The position numbers and the translations under genes are program-made. DNA of 64,000 nt from a bacterium (GTDB lineage Bacteria; Verrucomicrobiota; Kiritimatiellia; CAIKKV01; CAITUY01): positions 3,122-67,121 of the forward strand of contig JBAXPK010000005.1 of the NCBI GenBank assembly GCA_037132275.1, in the 5' to 3' direction. Of the stretch, positions 35,248-44,344 are shown one piece after another. Positions within the stretch are counted from its first letter, which is position 1; every line of letters starts with the position of its first letter. The notes beneath the pieces are model-generated. The model was not told where the DNA came from. It was given only the letters and a program-made list of their open reading frames with translations, and made no database searches.

Positions 35248-38200
35248 TTGAACACTACCCCGCGCATCGATAATTGGGCTCGATTTTCCGTGATGGCCTG
35301 TACGATCATGACGGGCCTAGTGGCCTTGTTTATAGCAGGGGCTTGGGCCGTTGGCCGGTGGTCTCTTGCCACCTTTGGGGCCGGATACATCCCGATGGCA
35401 CCCACCACGGCTTGGTTGTTTGTCCTGTTCAGCACCGCATTGTTCGCCCGGGTTTTCCGTTCCGAACACCCCGCAACCCGCCTCGTCACCGTCCTCGCCG
35501 CATCCCTTCCCTGCCTGATCGGCTTGTTTGTGATCTGGAATAGCGATATGGGCGTTGGCGCGATCGAGACAAACGGGGTGTACCCCGTGATCAACGGGAC
35601 CGTGAATCCGGGCGAGGGCAGGATGTCGTTCCTGACGGCCGTCGCGTTTATCGTATGTTCCGTCGCCTTGGGTCTGCCCCTGGTCGCCGGAACGCGGTAC
35701 CCGTGGATGCGGCAGGTCGCCTCGCGATTGGGAGCGGCCGTGAGCCTGTTGGGTCTGACCGTGCTGCTGGGCTACATGGTCGGGGCTCCATTGTTTTACG
35801 GAACCTCCATCATTCCCATGGCGCTCCCGACGGCCATCGAGTTTATCCTGCTGGGCTGGGTCTTGGCGGTTACTCCGAACCCGCTGGACTGGATGTTCCG
35901 GGGCATCGTCGGTGAGAGGACTCTTCAGGACGATGCCAGCACCCGTACCATAAGGCTGACCCGCATCACGTTGGTGCTGGTTGTGTTCGCGGTAATCGCG
36001 ATTGTCGGCGTGATGTTTATGAAGCGTGAGATCATGTCCGCCAAAACAACCGCCGGGAACGAGCTGCAGACCATTGCACAGGTCAAGTCCGACCAAATTT
36101 CCGCATGGTATCGCGAACGGCTGGTCGATGCCGATCTCTGTTCGACGATGGCGCCCTTGTTTCTCGGGTTTGTTCCCCCCGGCGAAAAACAGGATCACCT
36201 CCAAGTCTGGATGGACATACTTCAACGACACGGATTTTATGGCAGGGTTGTGTTGATGGACTCGAACTTGAACGTGATCTCGTCGTCCCCGGTGGGTGAG
36301 ACCCAACTGGGCAGTTTGACGCTAACTCGATCCGCCGAGGCGCTTCAATCAGGGAAAAGCATTGTGTCGGATCTGCACTTGAGCAGTGTGAAAGCGGACT
36401 TTCCGCACATGGATATAATCATCCCGCTGTCCCTGCCGGGCCGCCCGCCCCGGGGGGTGATGCTTATGGAAATTTCCGCCGCGTTGAGCTTGTACCCCGT
36501 GGTGGATATATGGCCGATCTTCAGCCAGACGGCCGAAACGCTTCTCATTCGGGCCGAGGGTAAAGAGGTGCTCTTTCTCAACAGGCTGCGGCACCGCCCG
36601 GATGCGGCCCTCAAATTCAAACTTCCGCTCGATACCCCGGGTTTGCCGGCGGCGGTGGCGTTGCGCGGGAAACCGGGCATCATTGAGGGTTTGGACTATC
36701 GGAGGGTTCCCGTATTGGCGGCATTCCAACCCGTGCCGGGGACTCCCTGGACCATGGTGGTAAAAATAGATCAGGCGGAAGTGTATGGGGCGGCCCAGCG
36801 ACAAACATGGCTTCTGACCCTTATCCTCATGATCCTGTCCATGACGGTGTATTTGGGATTGGGCCTGATCTGGCAACGCCACTCCACCCATCTCCTCCGT
36901 GCCCGCCTGGCTGCCGAGGAATCTCAACGCCGTAGCGAATTTCTTGTCACCAGCATTATCGAAAACACCGCCGCCGTGGTGTTTGTCAAGGATCTCGCCG
37001 GGCGCTATATGATGGTTAATCGTCGTTATGCGGATTTGTTTCACGTTACCCAGGAAGGCGTCATCGGAAAAACGGACTATGACATCTTCCCCGCCGAGTA
37101 TGCTCGCCGATTCCAGAAAGCCGATCAGCGGGCGATTGCCTCGGACAGTCATATCGAGACCGAGGAGCGTGTGCCCCATGATGACGGGATCCACACCTAT
37201 CTTGACGTTAAATTCCCGATACCGGGATCTGACGGAAAACCCTGCGCCGTCTGCGGGATCTCCACCGACATCACGGAGATCAAGCGGCTGCAGGAAGATT
37301 TGGACCAGGCTCATAAAATGGAGACCGTTGGTCAACTCGCCGGCGGTATCGCCCACGACTTCAACAATCTCCTGCAGATCCTGTTCGGCCACACCGAGAT
37401 GCTGCTGGAACAGTTGACCCCGGGGAAGCCGCAGCACGAGTCAGTTTCAGAAATCCAGCGTATCGGGAAACGCGCTGCGGCCCTGACCCGGCAACTACTG
37501 GCCTTCGGCCGCCGGCAAGTCCTGACGCCGACGGTAATGGATTTGAACGAATTGGTGTCCAATGTGTCATCCATGCTCGTCCGCTTGATCGGGGAAAACA
37601 TACGGCTCACATTCGAGCCGGTACCCGGCTTGTGGCGGGTAAAAGCCGATGTCTCCCAGATTGAACAAGTTCTCATCAATCTGGTCGTCAATTCCCGCGA
37701 CGCCATGCCCAGCGGCGGTACGATTTTTATCCGGGCCGAGAACATTGAAAGGGCGGAAGGGGATCCGGCGCTTCAATCTGACCGACATGCCGGGCGGGTC
37801 GTCCGCCTCTCCGTAGCCGACACCGGCATCGGCATGGCGCCCGACATCCGGGCTAGAATTTTCGAGCCGTTTTTCACCACGAAGGAACGGGGTAAGGGAA
37901 CCGGCATGGGTCTGGCCTCCGTCTACGGCATCATCAAGCAACACGGGGGGGTGATCACCGTGGACAGTGAGCCGGGAAAGGGTACTGTTTTCACGATCGA
38001 CCTGCCCGCCGCGGATGGGGAGGCCGTGACGTTCGCTCCCGCCTTTGTCGTTCCGGCTTCAGGGGGGCGCAATGAGCGTATTCTTGTTGTTGAGGACGAG
38101 ATATCGGTATGCCGCCTGATTACGCAGACGCTGGTACGGAACGGATATCGGGTAACGGCCGTGGAAACGTGCGCCGAGGCGGAAGCCCTGAACGCCGGGA

Positions 38201-38427
38201 ACTTTGATTTGGTGTTGAGCGACGTCGTGCTATCCGACGGGAACGGCGTGGATCTCGTCCGGTCGCTTAGACGGAAGCACCCCCTGTTGCGTTGCGTGCT
38301 GACCAGCGGCTACGCTGATATTCATGCGCGGCGCCCGGAAATTACGCAGCAGCCATTCCTGGTCAAACCGTTCAGCAGCGCCGATCTCCTTAACACCCTT
38401 GCGGCCGCGTTGGGGCACTCCTCGTGA
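35248..38427 (+). CDS. hybrid sensor histidine kinase/response regulator (multi-TM N-terminal sensor, PAS, HisKA, HATPase_c, C-terminal REC; 1059 aa)
   Basis: About 8 N-terminal TM helices. PAS '[23 protein letters not shown]'. H-box '[14 protein letters not shown]'. G-boxes '[22 protein letters not shown]' and '[11 protein letters not shown]'. REC '[13 protein letters not shown]...[14 protein letters not shown]'. Confidence 0.8.
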   Translation: MNTTPRIDNWARFSVMACTIMTGLVALFIAGAWAVGRWSLATFGAGYIPMAPTTAWLFVLFSTALFARVFRSEHPATRLVTVLAASLPCLIGLFVIWNSDMGVGAIETNGVYPVINGTVNPGEGRMSFLTAVAFIVCSVALGLPLVAGTRYPWMRQVASRLGAAVSLLGLTVLLGYMVGAPLFYGTSIIPMALPTAIEFILLGWVLAVTPNPLDWMFRGIVGERTLQDDASTRTIRLTRITLVLVVFAVIAIVGVMFMKREIMSAKTTAGNELQTIAQVKSDQISAWYRERLVDADLCSTMAPLFLGFVPPGEKQDHLQVWMDILQRHGFYGRVVLMDSNLNVISSSPVGETQLGSLTLTRSAEALQSGKSIVSDLHLSSVKADFPHMDIIIPLSLPGRPPRGVMLMEISAALSLYPVVDIWPIFSQTAETLLIRAEGKEVLFLNRLRHRPDAALKFKLPLDTPGLPAAVALRGKPGIIEGLDYRRVPVLAAFQPVPGTPWTMVVKIDQAEVYGAAQRQTWLLTLILMILSMTVYLGLGLIWQRHSTHLLRARLAAEESQRRSEFLVTSIIENTAAVVFVKDLAGRYMMVNRRYADLFHVTQEGVIGKTDYDIFPAEYARRFQKADQRAIASDSHIETEERVPHDDGIHTYLDVKFPIPGSDGKPCAVCGISTDITEIKRLQEDLDQAHKMETVGQLAGGIAHDFNNLLQILFGHTEMLLEQLTPGKPQHESVSEIQRIGKRAAALTRQLLAFGRRQVLTPTVMDLNELVSNVSSMLVRLIGENIRLTFEPVPGLWRVKADVSQIEQVLINLVVNSRDAMPSGGTIFIRAENIERAEGDPALQSDRHAGRVVRLSVADTGIGMAPDIRARIFEPFFTTKERGKGTGMGLASVYGIIKQHGGVITVDSEPGKGTVFTIDLPAADGEAVTFAPAFVVPASGGRNERILVVEDEISVCRLITQTLVRNGYRVTAVETCAEAEALNAGNFDLVLSDVVLSDGNGVDLVRSLRRKHPLLRCVLTSGYADIHARRPEITQQPFLVKPFSSADLLNTLAAALGHSS

Positions 38428-40478
38428 GCGATCAACCGGAATTGTTTGGCGATGAGGAGTTGGTGACGCCCATCCCTTCAGAGGCGCGGGGTGGGGCCAA
38501 GGATAGCCTTGTGATCCGGGATATCGCCGCCGTGGCCGATGGCCCGCTCAAGGGGCTGGTGAACGGAAACTTCCTGACGTATGCGTCCTATGTTATTCGC
38601 GACCGAGCCATCCCCGATATCGAAGACGGCTTGAAACCGGTTCAGCGCCGTATCCTTCATTCGCTGGGCGAAAACGATGACGGGAAGTTTATCAAGGTGG
38701 CCAACATCGTCGGGTATACCATGCAGTTTCATCCGCACGGGGATGCCTCCATCGCGGACGCCCTGGTCACGCTGGCGAACAAGCAGTACCTGATTGAAGG
38801 ACAGGGGAACTTTGGAAATCTCTTTACCGGCGACCCGGCGGCGGCGTCCCGCTATATCGAATGCCGCCTGACGTCACTGGCCCGGGATGAGATATTCGAT
38901 TCCGATCTGACCGACTATGTTCCTTCCTATGATGGGCGCAAAGAAGAGCCCGTAACGCTGCCTGCCCGCATTCCCCTGCTGTTGCTTCTTGGCGCGGAGG
39001 GCATTGCCGTGGGGTTGTCCACCCGCATTCTGCCGCACAACTTTAACGAATTGCTGGAAGCCCAGGTAGCGATCCTCCAGAAGCGGCCTTGCGAGGTCTA
39101 TCCCGATTTCATACAGGGCGGGATGATGGATGTGACTGGCTACGACAAGGGCAGGGGATATGTCCGGGTGCGGGCTGCCATCGAGATCCGCGACGTCCAG
39201 ACACTGGTGGTGCGTTCAGCCCCCTTCGGCACGACCACCGATTCCCTGATCGCGTCCATTGAGGAGGCGGGACGCAAGGGAAAGGTCAAACTTCGCGGCA
39301 TCAGCGACTACACGGCGGAGGCGGTTGAGGTGGAGGTTCAACTGCAGCCTGACGAGGACGCCGCGCGGGCTGTTGAGACCCTTTACGCCTTTACCCAGTG
39401 CGAGGTGCAGGTGGCGAGCCGAATCATGGTTATTCGCGCCGGTCGACCGACCGAGATGAATGTGGAAGAAGTACTGCAGTATAACACCGATCGGCTTCTG
39501 GAGTTACTCAAGCGCCGGTTGAAGGTTCAGCAGAAGCGGCTGACCGAAGATCTGCATCGCAAGACACTGATCCAGATTTTTGTGCAGAACCGGCTCTATA
39601 CGCCCATCGAGGCCTGTCAATCCCATGACGAAGTCGAGCAGGTGGTGCGAACGGGACTGGGCCCCTTTCTCACGCAACTTCAACGTGATATCACGAATGG
39701 TGACATCGAACTGCTGCTAGGTATTCCCATCCGGCGTATTTCGCTGTTCGATGTGGCGAAGAATCAGCAGGAGATGGAGTCGCTACGGACGGAACTGGCT
39801 GAGTCCCGCGAGAATATGGCCAACTTAACCGGCTATGCCGTACGGTATCTGCGTCAGCTCCAAAAGAAATACGGCCCGAACTTTCCGCGCCGGACGCAAA
39901 TGGCCCGGTTCCAGGCGGTCGGGGTTCGTGAACTGACGGCCTCTGAACTCACCATCAACCAGGATCGCGCCAAGGGATACCTGGGGTATAAGATCGCCGG
40001 AACGACTCTGTTCGAATGTTCCTCGCTCGACAAACTCCTGCTGGTCTGGAAGGACGGCCGGTACAAGGGCGTGCCGCCGCCCGAGAAACTATTCGTGGAC
40101 TCCACCCTGATCCACTGCGCCATCCTGGATCGGGAGCGGGTTCTGACGGTGGTGTATCATGAGGACGGCTTTACGCGCATCAAGCGGTTTTCCGGCGCCC
40201 TGGTGACAAACCGCGAGTACCACTGTATCCCGCGCGGGGCGCATATCCTGTTCTTTTCCGATCAGGATGTGCCAACCCTGTACGTGCAGTATGATGTGCC
40301 CGAGACGGCGGCCATCCGGCAACAGGAATTCGACACCACCACTCTGCCCATAGGCGTGCGGGAGGGGAAAGCCTCCCTGATGTCCTCCAAGAAAATCGCC
40401 AGCATCGGTTCATCAAAGCCCAAAAAATGGGATGACGCCCAGACTGGCCCCAAGGGCGTCTACATGAACTTTGGGTAA
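38424..40478 (+). CDS. parC: type IIA topoisomerase A subunit (ParC/GyrA-like, 684 aa, short C-terminal domain)
   Basis: 'LKPVQRRILHSL', 'GKFIKVANIVGYTMQFHPHGDASIADALVTLA' and catalytic-Tyr region 'RYIECRLT'. GTG start overlapping the stop of the sensor kinase (GTGA). Confidence 0.8.
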   Translation: MSDQPELFGDEELVTPIPSEARGGAKDSLVIRDIAAVADGPLKGLVNGNFLTYASYVIRDRAIPDIEDGLKPVQRRILHSLGENDDGKFIKVANIVGYTMQFHPHGDASIADALVTLANKQYLIEGQGNFGNLFTGDPAAASRYIECRLTSLARDEIFDSDLTDYVPSYDGRKEEPVTLPARIPLLLLLGAEGIAVGLSTRILPHNFNELLEAQVAILQKRPCEVYPDFIQGGMMDVTGYDKGRGYVRVRAAIEIRDVQTLVVRSAPFGTTTDSLIASIEEAGRKGKVKLRGISDYTAEAVEVEVQLQPDEDAARAVETLYAFTQCEVQVASRIMVIRAGRPTEMNVEEVLQYNTDRLLELLKRRLKVQQKRLTEDLHRKTLIQIFVQNRLYTPIEACQSHDEVEQVVRTGLGPFLTQLQRDITNGDIELLLGIPIRRISLFDVAKNQQEMESLRTELAESRENMANLTGYAVRYLRQLQKKYGPNFPRRTQMARFQAVGVRELTASELTINQDRAKGYLGYKIAGTTLFECSSLDKLLLVWKDGRYKGVPPPEKLFVDSTLIHCAILDRERVLTVVYHEDGFTRIKRFSGALVTNREYHCIPRGAHILFFSDQDVPTLYVQYDVPETAAIRQQEFDTTTLPIGVREGKASLMSSKKIASIGSSKPKKWDDAQTGPKGVYMNFG

Positions 40479-40483
40479 GCGTC

Positions 40484-41581
40484 CTAGTCGTCCAGCACGC
40501 CCGGAGGCAACCCTTGCGGAAAGGGTTTGGGCTGGGCGCACGGGTTCTTGATGTCCACCCAGGACCGTGTTTGGCCGGATTCCTCAAATGCCAGCATCAC
40601 TTCCAGTGCGTGTAACGCCAGGCTCACATCGCATCGATGCGGCCGCCCTGATTGGATCGCATAGGCCATATCGGCTACGCCGATTCCCCTCGAGTTGTCA
40701 TGATATCCGTACGCAAAAGGCATCTCCCGCCATGCCTCATTGCCAGGCCTGAAAACCGAGACTGGCCCGCCAAAGGTGTTTGGATCCGGTACAGCCAGAC
40801 TGCCTTCCGTCCCGTAAATCTCGATCGGGCTGTGGTGATGCCGTTGCACGTCAAAACTGACAACCAAGGTGACAATAGCCCCGCTTTCAAAAAGCAGACT
40901 CCCGCTGTTGTGGGTCGGGATCTCCACGGGAATCATCTCGCCGAAATGTTCCTTACACGTCGCCAACCGCTGTTCAAGTCCCTTGCCTGTCATCGCTGAG
41001 ACAGCCTTGATCGGCCCCAGCAAATGAACGAGCGCGGTAATGTAATAGGGTCCCATGTCGAGCATGGGTCCGGCACCCCGTTGATAGAAGAAAGCCGGAT
41101 TGGGATGCCAGGACTCGGGCCCCTGTGACATCATGAATGCAGTTCCCGACAGCGGGCGCCCGATCCACCCGTCGTCTATGAGTTTGCGGCAGGTCTGGAG
41201 CCCCGCCCCCAGGAACGTATCCGGAGCGCAGCCCATACGGAGTCCCCTTTTTTTGGCATAATCCAAAACCTTCCGGCCCTCGCCCACATCCAGCGCCAGC
41301 GGTTTTTCGCTGTACACATGCTTCCCGGCCCGGAGCGCCTTCAGGCTTACCTCGGCGTGGACTTTGGGTACGGTCAGATTGATGACAAAGTCAATGGACG
41401 GATCCGCCAGCAACTTGTCAACCGTCATGGCCTTGAGCTTGAATTCCGTCGCCTTGGCCTTGGCAACATCCATGTTAATATCAGCACAGGCCACAACTTT
41501 GACTGCCCGGAACATCGCGCAGCCTTTGATGTAGGCGCTGAAAATATTACCACACCCGATAATTCCTATATTTTTTGTCAT
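40484..41581 (-). CDS. Gfo/Idh/MocA-family NAD(P)-dependent oxidoreductase
   Basis: Rossmann 'IGIIGCGNIFSAYIKG' and 'EKPLALD' motif. Confidence 0.8.
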   Translation of the reverse strand: MTKNIGIIGCGNIFSAYIKGCAMFRAVKVVACADINMDVAKAKATEFKLKAMTVDKLLADPSIDFVINLTVPKVHAEVSLKALRAGKHVYSEKPLALDVGEGRKVLDYAKKRGLRMGCAPDTFLGAGLQTCRKLIDDGWIGRPLSGTAFMMSQGPESWHPNPAFFYQRGAGPMLDMGPYYITALVHLLGPIKAVSAMTGKGLEQRLATCKEHFGEMIPVEIPTHNSGSLLFESGAIVTLVVSFDVQRHHHSPIEIYGTEGSLAVPDPNTFGGPVSVFRPGNEAWREMPFAYGYHDNSRGIGVADMAYAIQSGRPHRCDVSLALHALEVMLAFEESGQTRSWVDIKNPCAQPKPFPQGLPPGVLDD

Positions 41582-41590
41582 TGTCCTGCC

Positions 41591-42421
41591 TCACTTTCTA
41601 TTTCCCACCGCCAGCCCGTTTTCAATCAGGTAGCGATAACTTTTCTCGACACATTCAAGCATATCGGTGTCACTATTGTCCTGTTCCACCACCAGCCACT
41701 CGGTCACGGCCGGATCCATGGCGCCGATCACGCCTTTGATGTCCATCTTGCCGCTTCCCACCGCCAGAAGCGAGGCGCTCTGAGCGCCTGCCTTCAGTTC
41801 CAAAGTACTTGTGGCAGCATTATAAACCTCTATCGGTCGAACCAGTGGGCCGTCCTTGATATGAAGGAGGGGAGACCGCTGGGCAAAACGGCGCACCATT
41901 TCAATGGCGTTGTTCTCCCCGAAATTGGCCGCCCAATAGGTGTCGAGCTCGAATTTCACCTTTGGGCAGAGTTCGGCGAAAATCTCGTGTTTGATCCGCC
42001 CGTTCAGTTTTTCGAATTCCCAGGCGTGGTTGTGAAGGGTGAGAGTGATCCCGGCCTTCGAGAGCGTCGCCTCCATCCCGGCGGTAATGGCGGCGGTTTG
42101 CTTGATGGCGTCCAGATCCTTGAATTCATTCCGGCTCCAGCCGCCCGCGACCTTGTTCACACCCAACTCTTCGCAGGTCGCAATCGTCGCCTCAAGATTG
42201 TCAGGTTTCGCCCAAGGGCTATGGGTCGAGGAAATCACCATGCCCAGATCTTCAACCGCCTTGCGAAACTCCAGCGGCGTATAATTATAAAACCCTGCCG
42301 GTTCCACCCCCTTGTAGCCGATTGCGGCCACCCGCTTTAACACCGCTGCAAAATCCTTTTTCGACGCTTCCCTCAGCGTGAATAACTGAATGGCAATGGG
42401 CTTCATCGTAACACTCCTCAT
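41591..42421 (-). CDS. sugar phosphate isomerase/epimerase (xylose-isomerase-like TIM barrel, AP_endonuc_2)
   Basis: 276 aa; 'IAIQLFTLRE', 'LTLHNHAWEF', 'LHIKDG'. Located 10 nt from the oxidoreductase, a common pairing. Confidence 0.7.
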   Translation of the reverse strand: MRSVTMKPIAIQLFTLREASKKDFAAVLKRVAAIGYKGVEPAGFYNYTPLEFRKAVEDLGMVISSTHSPWAKPDNLEATIATCEELGVNKVAGGWSRNEFKDLDAIKQTAAITAGMEATLSKAGITLTLHNHAWEFEKLNGRIKHEIFAELCPKVKFELDTYWAANFGENNAIEMVRRFAQRSPLLHIKDGPLVRPIEVYNAATSTLELKAGAQSASLLAVGSGKMDIKGVIGAMDPAVTEWLVVEQDNSDTDMLECVEKSYRYLIENGLAVGNRK

Positions 42422-42488
42422 CGATTAACGTTTTCCAAAGGCATGCCTATCACTCTTCGCCGTGGATCGAGCCCCATCCACTCCCCGA

Positions 42489-43565
42489 TCACTTCATCCA
42501 GATAGGCAGGAGCGCCCGCTCGATCCAGTAGGACAATACGGCTGTGATCGGGATAGTGAGCACCCATGCCCAGACGATGCGGCCCACAATACCCCATTTT
42601 ACGGCGCTGAGGCGTTTGGTGGCTCCGACCCCCATAATGGAGGTTGAGATGACGTGGGTGGTGGAGAGCGGGATGCCCCAATGGGTGGCTAGGGAAATCA
42701 CGGCGGCCGCCGTCGTTTGTGCCGCAAATCCGTGAATGGGCTGCATCCGCACAATCTTGTGTCCCATAGTTCGTATGATCCGCCAGCCGCCCGCAGCGGT
42801 TCCGGCCGCCATGGTCAGGGCGCATGTCACCTTGATCCAGGTGGCCACGGTAAACTCGGGGGTTCTCAGGAACTCCAGCCAAGGTGGTAGGGCCCCGAAG
42901 GAAGTGCTTTTGGTTGTGGCGGTGAAGAGGATGAGGGCGATGATCCCCATGGTCTTCTGGGCATCGTTTGTGCCATGACTGAAACTGATCCACGCGGCGC
43001 TCACCAGTTGGAGTTTGGAAAACACCTTGTTGATCAGCAGGGGGCGCATCTTGTGAAGCAGCACGACCAGCAGCGCCATCAGCAGGGCGCCAAAAACAAA
43101 CCCGACGGCGGGCGAGATAAACATAGGCATGATCACCTTGGGCCAGAGGCCTTCCATGTGCCCCGAGGCGGTGTTGGGAACGGCCCACCGGATGACGTGC
43201 CAGTTATCATGGGAGGACGCCAGGGTGGCGCCGCAGAGTCCGCCAATCAGGGCATGACTCGAACTGGATGGCAAACATAACCACCAGGTCAGCAGGTTCC
43301 ACACGATGGCGCCCAGCAGCGCGGCCAGAATGGTGTCAATGCCCACAAACTGGGTATCCACCAGTCCCTGGCCGATGGTCTTGGCCACAGCCACCCCAGC
43401 CATGGCGCCCAGCAGGTTGAAGCAGGTGGCCATGGCCACCGCCTGGCGCGGCGTTAACACTTTGGTTGAAACGGTGGTGGCGATAGAGTTGGCGGTGTCG
43501 TGGAAGCCGTTGATATACTCGAAGGCTAACGCGATCAGCAGCACTGTCAGGATAAGGATCAGCAT
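42489..43565 (-). CDS. pitA: inorganic phosphate transporter, PiT family
   Basis: PHO4 signature repeats 'GFHDTANSIATTV' and 'SFSHGTNDAQKTMGII'. Confidence 0.85.
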   Translation of the reverse strand: MLILILTVLLIALAFEYINGFHDTANSIATTVSTKVLTPRQAVAMATCFNLLGAMAGVAVAKTIGQGLVDTQFVGIDTILAALLGAIVWNLLTWWLCLPSSSSHALIGGLCGATLASSHDNWHVIRWAVPNTASGHMEGLWPKVIMPMFISPAVGFVFGALLMALLVVLLHKMRPLLINKVFSKLQLVSAAWISFSHGTNDAQKTMGIIALILFTATTKSTSFGALPPWLEFLRTPEFTVATWIKVTCALTMAAGTAAGGWRIIRTMGHKIVRMQPIHGFAAQTTAAAVISLATHWGIPLSTTHVISTSIMGVGATKRLSAVKWGIVGRIVWAWVLTIPITAVLSYWIERALLPIWMK

Positions 43566-43596
43566 GCGTGTATTTTTCGGGGTGCGGGTTTAAGCG

Positions 43597-44247
43597 TCAG
43601 GAATACTTGAGCACGACCTGGAAAATGATGTTGCCGACATCCCGGCAACGGTCGATGATTTTCTCCAGGGTTTCGTGGAGGTCAAGGATGATAATCACCT
43701 TCAAGGGATCATGTTTTCCACTATAGAGATCCTTGACAAGATCAAGCATCAGTTTGTCGGCCTCGCCCTCGAGATAATGGAGGCGGATATTGTATTCCTT
43801 CATTTCTTCGAGATGCGCCCGGGTTCGCAGTTTGGTCACCATTTGGGACACGGTCTCGGTGGTTTGCTCGAGAATGGTCGCCTGATCCAGGAAATTGGCG
43901 TCCTTCAGCATATCGGTGCAGAGCATGTACTTTTCGCTGAATTTCTCGGCGGTTTTCGGGATTTTGTAGAGTGCCAGGGAGAGGGACTCGATGTCCTCGC
44001 GCTCCAGCGGGGTCACGAAAGTTTTGCAAAGTTCTTCCGTGATCTGCTCCGTGATCCGCTTATCTTTCCGGCGGGAATGAATGAAATCGCCCATGGAGGT
44101 GATCCCCTCCGGCTTTTTTAGCAAGGTCAGCAGAAGCTGAACACTGGCTTTGGCCTCATCGGCACTGGCTTCAAGGAGGTCGAAAAACTTGTCGTCATAC
44201 CCGAGTAGTCGTCTGATAGCAGTTATCATGGGAAGAATTAATGCCAT
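43597..44247 (-). CDS. DUF47/TIGR00153-family protein (PhoU-like Pit accessory protein)
   Basis: 216-aa helical protein directly upstream of pit (31-nt gap), the canonical DUF47-PiT pairing. Confidence 0.7.
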   Translation of the reverse strand: MALILPMITAIRRLLGYDDKFFDLLEASADEAKASVQLLLTLLKKPEGITSMGDFIHSRRKDKRITEQITEELCKTFVTPLEREDIESLSLALYKIPKTAEKFSEKYMLCTDMLKDANFLDQATILEQTTETVSQMVTKLRTRAHLEEMKEYNIRLHYLEGEADKLMLDLVKDLYSGKHDPLKVIIILDLHETLEKIIDRCRDVGNIIFQVVLKYS

Positions 44248-44344
44248 AGAGCGTCAAAATAATCACGTCAATTCCGTGAATGAAAACGAAATTCTCATCA
44301 AACGCTCATTTTCCCCTTACAAAGATTGGTGATTATTCTGGAGT
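44248..44344. promoter_or_regulatory. AT-rich divergent promoter region (DUF47-pit <-> PHP-GT4) containing 11-bp-spaced direct repeats 'CTCATCAaacgCTCATTT' (44294-44311) and 'CGTCAA..CGTCAA'; weak Pho-box-like candidate
   Basis: Read directly. Two 7-nt half-sites separated by 4 nt mimic Pho-box geometry (CTGTCAT-N4-CTGTCAT), 34-51 nt upstream of the ATG at 44345. Sequence similarity to the consensus is partial. Confidence 0.3.
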
